A stretch of 43,939 bases of DNA, taken from Chiloscyllium plagiosum (lineage: Eukaryota). The stretch lies in NCBI RefSeq assembly GCF_004010195.1, contig NC_057718.1:95469159-95513097 (forward strand), in the 5' to 3' direction. The stretch's first letter is position 1; every line of letters starts with the position of its first letter. This document shows positions 37,581 to 43,939 of this stretch, in pieces. The position numbers and the translations under genes were made by a program. Under the pieces are notes generated by a model. That model ran no database searches. It saw only the letters and a program-made list of their open reading frames with translations, and had not been told where the DNA came from.

Positions 37581-37763
37581 TACACAACACCAGGTTATAG
37601 TCCAACAGGTTTAATTGGAAGCACTAGCTTTCGGAGCGCAGCTGATGAAGCTGGTGCGCTCCGAAAGCTAGTGCTTCCAATTAAACCTGTTGGACTATAA
37701 CCTGGTGCTGTGTGATTTGTAACTTTGTACACCCTAGTCCAACACCGGCATCTCCAAATCATG
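37581..37763 (+). mobile_element. Family-B palindromic mini-element with a hammerhead core at its centre
   Basis: Hairpin about 37582-37713 with centre CTGATGA...gctccGAAAGCTAgtg and a tail of about 50 nt. TSD aaagttactttt / aaagttattttt (37569-37580 and 37764-37775). Confidence 0.85.
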
Positions 37764-37789
37764 AAAGTTATTTTTCTTAGACTAAAGAC

Positions 37790-37897
37790 AGGACGAAAAT
37801 GGAATAGTGTAGGTTAGATGGGTTTCAGATTGGTTTCACAGGTCAGCGCAACATCGAGGGCCGAAGGGCCTGTAATGCTCTAATGTTCCATGCTCTA
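37790..37897 (+). mobile_element. Short CR1 3' UTR fragment of the same family as 9350-9433
   Basis: tagtgtaggttag...gcgcaacatcgagggccgaagggcctgta is shared with 9349-9404. Confidence 0.8.
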
Positions 37898-38039
37898 CAA
37901 ATGAGCCTCCACTTGCTGTGGCCTGCCAGTTGCTTGGAGTAATACAACCTAGTGGGAAAAGTGGTTAGCTTGTGATTTTTAAAAATTTTCTTCCCTTCCC
38001 CACTCTGAACGTACTGAGTCATGCTACAACAGTATCTCA

Positions 38040-38243
38040 GGGGAGAAAGTGAGGTCTGCAGATGCTGGAGATCAGAGATGGAAATGTGTTGCTGGAAAAG
38101 CGCAGCAGGTCAGGCAGCATCTAGGGAACAGGAGAATCGACGTTTCGGGCATTAGCCTGAAGAAGGGCTAATGCCCGAAACGTCGATTCTCCTGTTCCCT
38201 AGATGCTGCCTGACCTGCTGCGCTTTTCCAGCAACACATTTCC
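38040..38243 (-). mobile_element. Family-A palindromic mini-element
   Basis: Arms about 38081-38157 and 38165-38243 with a tail of about 41 nt at left. Perfect 14-bp TSD ACAACAGTATCTCA at 38026-38039 and 38244-38257. Hammerhead core CTGAAGA..GAAACGTC at 38157-38184. Confidence 0.92.
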
Positions 38244-39388
38244 ACAACAGTATCTCACCCAAGTGACCCTTTCTTAAACAAGTTTTGGATGTTTTATGTG
38301 GAAAGAAACAGAGGAAATTTTATTTGTTCATTTTAGCTGGGTGGAATGCTGAGCAGAGCTTGTAACTTAAAGGCAATGGGAAAACTGCTCAGTAAAAGGA
38401 GTAGCTTTCCTTGAGCCAGTGCAGAGATGATAACCAGACATGTTTGGAGTTAAGGTTGCTGTCATAGCAGTGTAAGTGTGGCTTTTGGGGGAGGAGGAGG
38501 GTATCTGAAATTCTTCTGCCATTAAGAAAGAAACAGCAGCAGTGATAGTTTGTACCAACTACAGATGGCTCTAAGAAAGCACATTCCACCAGAAAATAGA
38601 ATATACAAAGGAGAGATGTATCCAAGCTGTTTGTGATGACAGAAACTGACCAACCGTTTTTTGTTTTAAATAGTTGGAACTTCTCATGAGGGATGATTGA
38701 TCAAAAATGAAAATGGGCATTTTGGTTATTAATATTGCCTGAACTAAAGCTGTGTTGGAGTAGCGCCATTTTAATAGCAACATAGGATTGTGATTGTGTT
38801 TTCACAGTTTGTAGGTGAGATGGGGGTGGAACACTAAAGTTTAATGTTGCATTTAATTTTCTTCTAACCCGTTCCACTTCTCTTCATTTACAAGTTTAAT
38901 TAAATCTGAATCTGATTGTTGACTACTTTAAAAGGAAAGTTAACTAAAACTTGTTTCTTTGTCACTTCATGGTCTTCTGGAAGAACAAAGTTTTAAAAAT
39001 ATACAAACAAAAATAATTAAGTAATTTTCAAAAATGCTTCGAGGTTCCCTTTTTTTAATTCTTGCATTTTAAAATATCTCAAACAAAAGCCTTGATTTTT
39101 CACTGCTTCAAGATATTAGATATTCATTCACTGGTACTGGGTGGCAAATCCTGTTTCCATTACATATTCCCTTAACTTTGTGTCACATTCAGTAATGCTT
39201 CTTGCTTTTTTATACTCTTGAAACATATATTTTATTCTTTGCAAGCCTTTACTAGACGAATTTGATTGGTCACGCCTAATTTGAGTTAGTGACCTCTGAA
39301 GAAGAACTTGCTTCCTTTATATAGCATCTTTAACATCAGGAGGTCCCAACGCTTTACACCTCATGGAAGAATATTTGAACTGTCATGA

Positions 39389-39610
39389 TTTGGAGGAGCC
39401 AGTATTGGACTGGTGTGGACAAAGTTAAAAATTGCACAACACCATGCTATAGTCCAGCAGGTTTATTTGGAAGCATTAGCTTTTGAAGCGCTGCTTCTTC
39501 ATCAGGCTTCTTTATCATCAACAGCCACCTGATGAAGAAACAGCGCTTTGAAAGCTAATGCTTCCACATAAACCTGTTGAACTATACTGTAGTGTTGTGT
39601 AATTTTTAAC
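39389..39610 (-). mobile_element. Family-B palindromic mini-element
   Basis: Arms start at about 39420 and end at about 39614, with CTGATGA on both strands near the centre. 15-bp TSD TTTGAACTGTCATGA at 39374-39388 and 39611-39625. Confidence 0.88.
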
Positions 39611-39629
39611 TTTGAACTGTCATGACTAA

Positions 39630-39950
39630 TTTAGCAAACACAGTCATTGTTGTGAACGCAGCAAAGATACAGTAAATAGTAATGTGATAACCTGTGAAGG
39701 AGACTTATTGGTTTCATTCAGAGGAGAAACGTTGACTGGGGAGAATTCTCATGCTCTTCAAAATAGTTTTTTTTCACATTATCTTGTGAAGGTAGTTGGG
39801 CTCTGTTTAATGTCTCATCTGAAAGATGTCACCTTGGATAGTGCAGCACTCTGTAATGTTGAACGTCAGCCTAGATCTTGTATACAAATTCCTGCAGTGG
39901 CATTTGAATCCAGTGATATAGAGATAAGAGTGCTATTTAGTGAACCAAAT
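39630..39950 (+). mobile_element. Deu-domain SINE remnant (SacSINE1/AmnSINE1-like); orientation uncertain
   Basis: tttaatgtctcatctgaaagatgtcacc..gatagtgcagcactc...gtcagcctaga recalls the Deu-domain core. Confidence 0.55.
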
Positions 39951-40631
39951 CAACTCCCAGTCCTGACCTTCACTACCTCTAGATTTGTAACAAATCACAA
40001 ATAATTGTTTGACAGTTAAAAATAGACTAAAAGGAATTAAATTACTCTATGCTGATGTCAGTTTTTTTAAAAGTTGAAGTGACAGTTGCTACAATTAGAA
40101 TAACTTCTTTTTTACCTCCTCCACTTCTCAAAATTCTCAAAATTACAAATCAACCTGTGAATACTGTCTTTTTCAGTTCTCCTTTATTATAATTCCAAAT
40201 TGATCAGTTGGTGAAAAACATCTTCTTTCCCCCCACCCTTAACAAAGTTAGGGATCCGAACTGCAACTTGACTTGAAGTGAGCTCCTAGTTCATTTCAAG
40301 GTTCTGAAGCAGGTACACCTTGGCTTCAAGAGGCATACTTAGGTTCCATTTTAGATGGCATAATCTGTACATCTTCAAAAAGTAACACATTCCTGTAGAA
40401 ATTGAAAGCAATCTTGCAGCGATTGTTTCCAATATGTTTTTACAATTTACTTTGATTTACCAGAAATAAATTGTTGGCTAAAGAAGAGTTGCACCGATAT
40501 GGAAGCATCCTGTGTGTTATAAGCAAGCTGTGTCTGAAGTTTTTTTTTAAACAGGTATTTTTGATAACTGTTGCTTTCATTCAGTGTTGTTGATTGACTG
40601 TTTAACATTTTTTTCTCTTTGCATTTTGCAG

Positions 40632-40761
40632 TTGGATGGGTACATTGCACGAAACTGGGCTAATCAGAAATCAGCTTTGGGGAGTGCCCTGGACCCACTG
40701 GCAGATAAGATTCTGATCAGTGTCCTATATGTCAGTCTGACTTGTGTTGAACTCATTCCAG
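40632..40761 (+). CDS. CRLS1: Cardiolipin synthase coding exon 3 (gene continues beyond the window)
   Basis: Acceptor ttttgcag| then [43 protein letters not shown], then G|gt donor. 130 bp; completes the D-x2-DG-x2-AR...G-x3-D-x3-D catalytic signature. Confidence 0.96.
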
Positions 40762-41921
40762 GTACTCTCTCTTTGTTATCATTTTGCTCACTTTTCTTGG
40801 ATAGTGTTCAGAAAAGGAAATAGCATGTTTAGTTTCTGAATGTGAGCAACTATATGAAAAGCTTTAAATTTATTTTGCTTAAAATAGCTATCAGTGTAGA
40901 TGCCTTGTGTACCTTTGCATTATGAGCTTTGAGATTGCAGGACATGATAAGTGTTTAGCCAAACACTTTTCCCAGTGTGACTGCATTTTGTCAATCAGTG
41001 GGACATGTGGAGGCATTGAGGGTCCTGTTCTATCCATTACAGTGGGAGCAAAACTGTTATCCCTCATTGCTGACTTGAGCTTATGGCCCCACTTAGGAGG
41101 CCCTGGAGTAGATGAATAAGAAAAATAATTGCTATTCTTATAGCACCGCCCTAGGAGTTTAGGGAGAGTTTCCATGTTGCTGATGATTATGTCTGCAGGA
41201 AGTGTCTTTGGTTGAGAATCCTATCAGATTGGTTGGAGCGGTAGTTAGAGGCAATCAGGAATTTATAAGAGCCAGGGTGTGTGATGAATGGCAGTTATAG
41301 GAAGAGAGAAAAGCCACAGATGTACAGCCAGGTAAATGGATTAACTCCAGGAAAGGTGGGAGAGGTAGGCAGGTAGTGCAGGAGCCTTCTGTGGCTGTCC
41401 CCATTTCAAACAAGTATGCTGTTTTGGAAAATGTAGAGGGTGATGGACTCTTGAGAATGTAGCACTGAGAGTCAAGTTTCTGTTATTGAGACTGGCTTTA
41501 ATGTAATGAGGGGATGCCTTGAACCAAGCGATCGATTGTGATAGGGGACTGTCTAGTCAGAGGAACAGACAGACGTTTCTGCGGCCAGCAATGAAAAATC
41601 AGGATAGTGTGTTGCCTCCCTGGTTCCAGGATCAAGGATATCTCAGTGTACAGAATGTCCTCAAAGGCGAGTGGGACCAGCAGGAGGCCATTGTACACAT
41701 TGGAACCAACAGCAAAAGGGTGAGATTCTGAAGGGAGAACTTAGAAAATTAGGCAGGAATTAAAAAAGGAGATCCTTGAGAGGAAGGAATAGGAGGATAG
41801 AGCAGAGGAGTTGGTGCAGGGGAGAAGGGTTCATATTTTTGGATCATTGTAATCTCTTCTGGGTAAAAGTAACCTATGCAAGAAGGATGGATTGGAACCA
41901 AATTGGAAGGGGACTAATATA

Positions 41922-42222
41922 CAAACTTGTCCATGCCGACCAAATATCCTAACCCAATCTAGTCCCATTTGCCAGCACCTGGCCCATATCCCTCAAATCT
42001 TCCTATTCATATCCCAAACCAGATGCCTTTTAAATGTTGCAATTGTACTAGCCTCCACCACTTCCTCTGGCAGCCCACTGCACATATGCACCACCCTCTA
42101 TATGAAAAAGTTGTCCCTTAGGTCCCTTTTATATCTTTCCCCTCTCATCGTAAACCAATAGCCTTGAGGGCTGGTCTCCCACATCCCAGGGAAAAGACCT
42201 TGTCTATTTATCCTATCCATAG
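41922..42222 (-). mobile_element. Inverted CR1 3'-end fragment inside the + strand CR1
   Basis: Same sequence and orientation as 36700-37010 and 9855-10050. Confidence 0.8.
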
Positions 42223-42606
42223 GGAGGATATTCCTGGGAATACGTCCAAGGACATTATTGAGGTGGAACTGAGAAATAAGAAAGGGATGATCACCTTTTT
42301 GGGATGGTATTATAGACCCCTTTAATGGTCAGCAGGAAATTGAGAAACCAACTTGTATGGAAGTTTCAGTTATCTGGAAGAATAATAGGGTGGTTATGGT
42401 AGGGGATTTTAACTTTCCAAACATAGACTGGGACTGCCATAGTGTTAATGGTTTAGATAGAAAGGTAGTTAAGTGTGTACAAGAAAGTTTTGTTATTCAC
42501 TATGTGGATGTACCTACTAGAGGAGGTGCAAAACTTGACCTACTCTGAGTTGTCAGTGGGATGTACCTTGGGGGCCAGCGACCATAATTCTATTATTTTT
42601 AAAATA

Positions 42607-42807
42607 TGATTTGGAGGGAGTGGTGTTAGACTGGGGTGGACAAAGTTAAAAATCCCACAACACCAGGTTATAGTCCAATAGGTTTATTTGGAGGCAAGAG
42701 CTTTTGAAGCCCTGCTTCGAATCACCTGATGAAGGAGCAGTGCTTTGAAAGCTCGTGCCTCCAAATAAACCTGTTGGACTATAACCTGGTGTTGTGGGAT
42801 TTTTAAC
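42607..42807 (-). mobile_element. Family-B palindromic mini-element inserted in CR1 ORF2
   Basis: Hairpin about 42643-42809 with centre cacCTGATGAaggagcagtgctttGAAAgctCgtg. 14-bp TSD ttatttttaaaata / ttagttttaaaata (42593-42606 and 42808-42821). Confidence 0.88.
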
Positions 42808-43939
42808 TTAGTTTTAAAATAGTGATAGAAAAAGATAGACTGGATCTAAAAGTTGAAGTTCTAAATTGGAGGGAAGCTAATTTTGACAGTATTAGGCAAG
42901 AACTTTCAAAAGCTGATTGGGGGCAGGTGTTCACAGGTGAAGGGGCGGATGGGAAATGGGAAGCCTTCAGAAATGAGATAATGAGAGTCCAGAGCAAGTA
43001 TATTCCTGTTAGGGTGAAAGGGAAGTCTGGTAAGTGTAGGGAAAGCTGGATGACTGGAGAAATTGAGGTTTTGGTTAAGAAAAAGAAGGAAGCATATGTC
43101 AGGTATAGGCAGGAGAGATCGAATGAATCCTTAGAAGAATATAAAGGCAGTAGGAGTATAATTAAGAGGGAAATCAGGAGGGCAAAAAGGGGACATGAGA
43201 TAGCTTTAGCAAATAGGGTTAAGAAGAATCCAAAGGGATTTTACAAATACATTAAGGACAAAAGGGTAACTAGGGAGAGAATAGGGCCCCTCAAAGATCA
43301 GCAGAGGCCTTTGTGTGGAGCCGCAGGGGATGAGGAAGATACTAAACGTGTATTTTACATCAATGTTTACTGTGGAGAAGGACATGTAAGATCTAGAATG
43401 TAAGGAAATAGATGGTGACATCTAAAAAATTACATAGGAGGAAGTGCTGGATGTCTTGAAATGCATATAAGTGGATAAATCTCCAGGACCTGATCAGGTG
43501 TGGTGTACCCTAGAACTCTGGGATGCTCGGGAAGTGATTGTTGGGTCCCTTGCTGAGAGAGTTATGTAATTGATAGTAACAGGTGAGGTGCCAGAAGACT
43601 GAACGTTGGCTACCGTGGTGTCACTATTTAAGAAAGGTGGTCAGGAAAAGTCAGGGAATATGTAGACCAGTGAACCTGACATCGGTGGTTGGCAAGTTGT
43701 TGAATGGAATCCTGAGGGACAGGATGTACATGTATTTGGAAAGGCAAGGACTGATTAGGGATAGTCAACATAGCTTTGTGCATGGGAAATCATGTCCCAC
43801 GAACTTGATTGTGTTTTTTGAAGGAGTAACAAAGAGGATTGATGAGGGCATAGCAGTAGACGTGATCCATATGGACTTCAGTGAGGCATTCGACAAGGTT
43901 CCTCATGGTAGACTGGTTAGCAAGGTTAAATCTCATGGA

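Larger units (their letters stand above)
41210..43939 (+). mobile_element. CR1 LINE: decayed ORF1 (SGNH esterase-like) and ORF2 (APE endonuclease, start of RT), running off the window end
   Basis: IVIGD.LVRGTDRRFC...CCLPGSRIKDI and VHIGTN (ORF1); VVMVGDFNFPNIDW, PTRGGAKLDL, KKNPKGFYKYIK and YMDFSEAFDKVPH (ORF2). Confidence 0.92.

Noticed and set aside
37582..37713. Long hairpins as miRNA precursors or DNA-transposon MITEs
   Set aside because: They are multi-copy, asymmetric (one-sided tail), have variable 12-15-bp TSDs and match Penelope pseudo-LTRs.
1..43939. CRISPR array or prokaryotic system
   Set aside because: The sequence is spliced vertebrate DNA with no regularly spaced repeat-spacer array or operon.

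Overview
Vertebrate genomic DNA, almost certainly from a shark (inferred from HE1/V-SINE-type SINEs, CR1/HER1-type LINEs and Penelope-like elements). The + strand carries the CpG-island promoter and first three coding exons of cardiolipin synthase CRLS1 (257-577, 6936-7073, 40632-40761). A complete LRR/FN3/transmembrane gene, LRRN4 (four coding exons, about 784 aa), lies antisense entirely inside the 33.5-kb CRLS1 intron 2. The introns are rich in transposons: CR1/L2 LINE fragments, SINEs, a solo LTR, and a 3.9-kb Penelope-like element with an inverted arm, a 34-nt tail and a 12-bp target-site duplication (TSD). The most striking signal is a recurring set of about 200-bp palindromic insertions from two sequence families. 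Each folds back at a minimal hammerhead-ribozyme core, has an unpaired 30-50-nt tail on one side and is bounded by a 12-15-bp TSD, like a miniature of the large Penelope insertion. Three assembly gaps (8789-9187, 22544-22869, 28247-28892) all fall in repeats. Repeat boundaries without TSDs are approximate.
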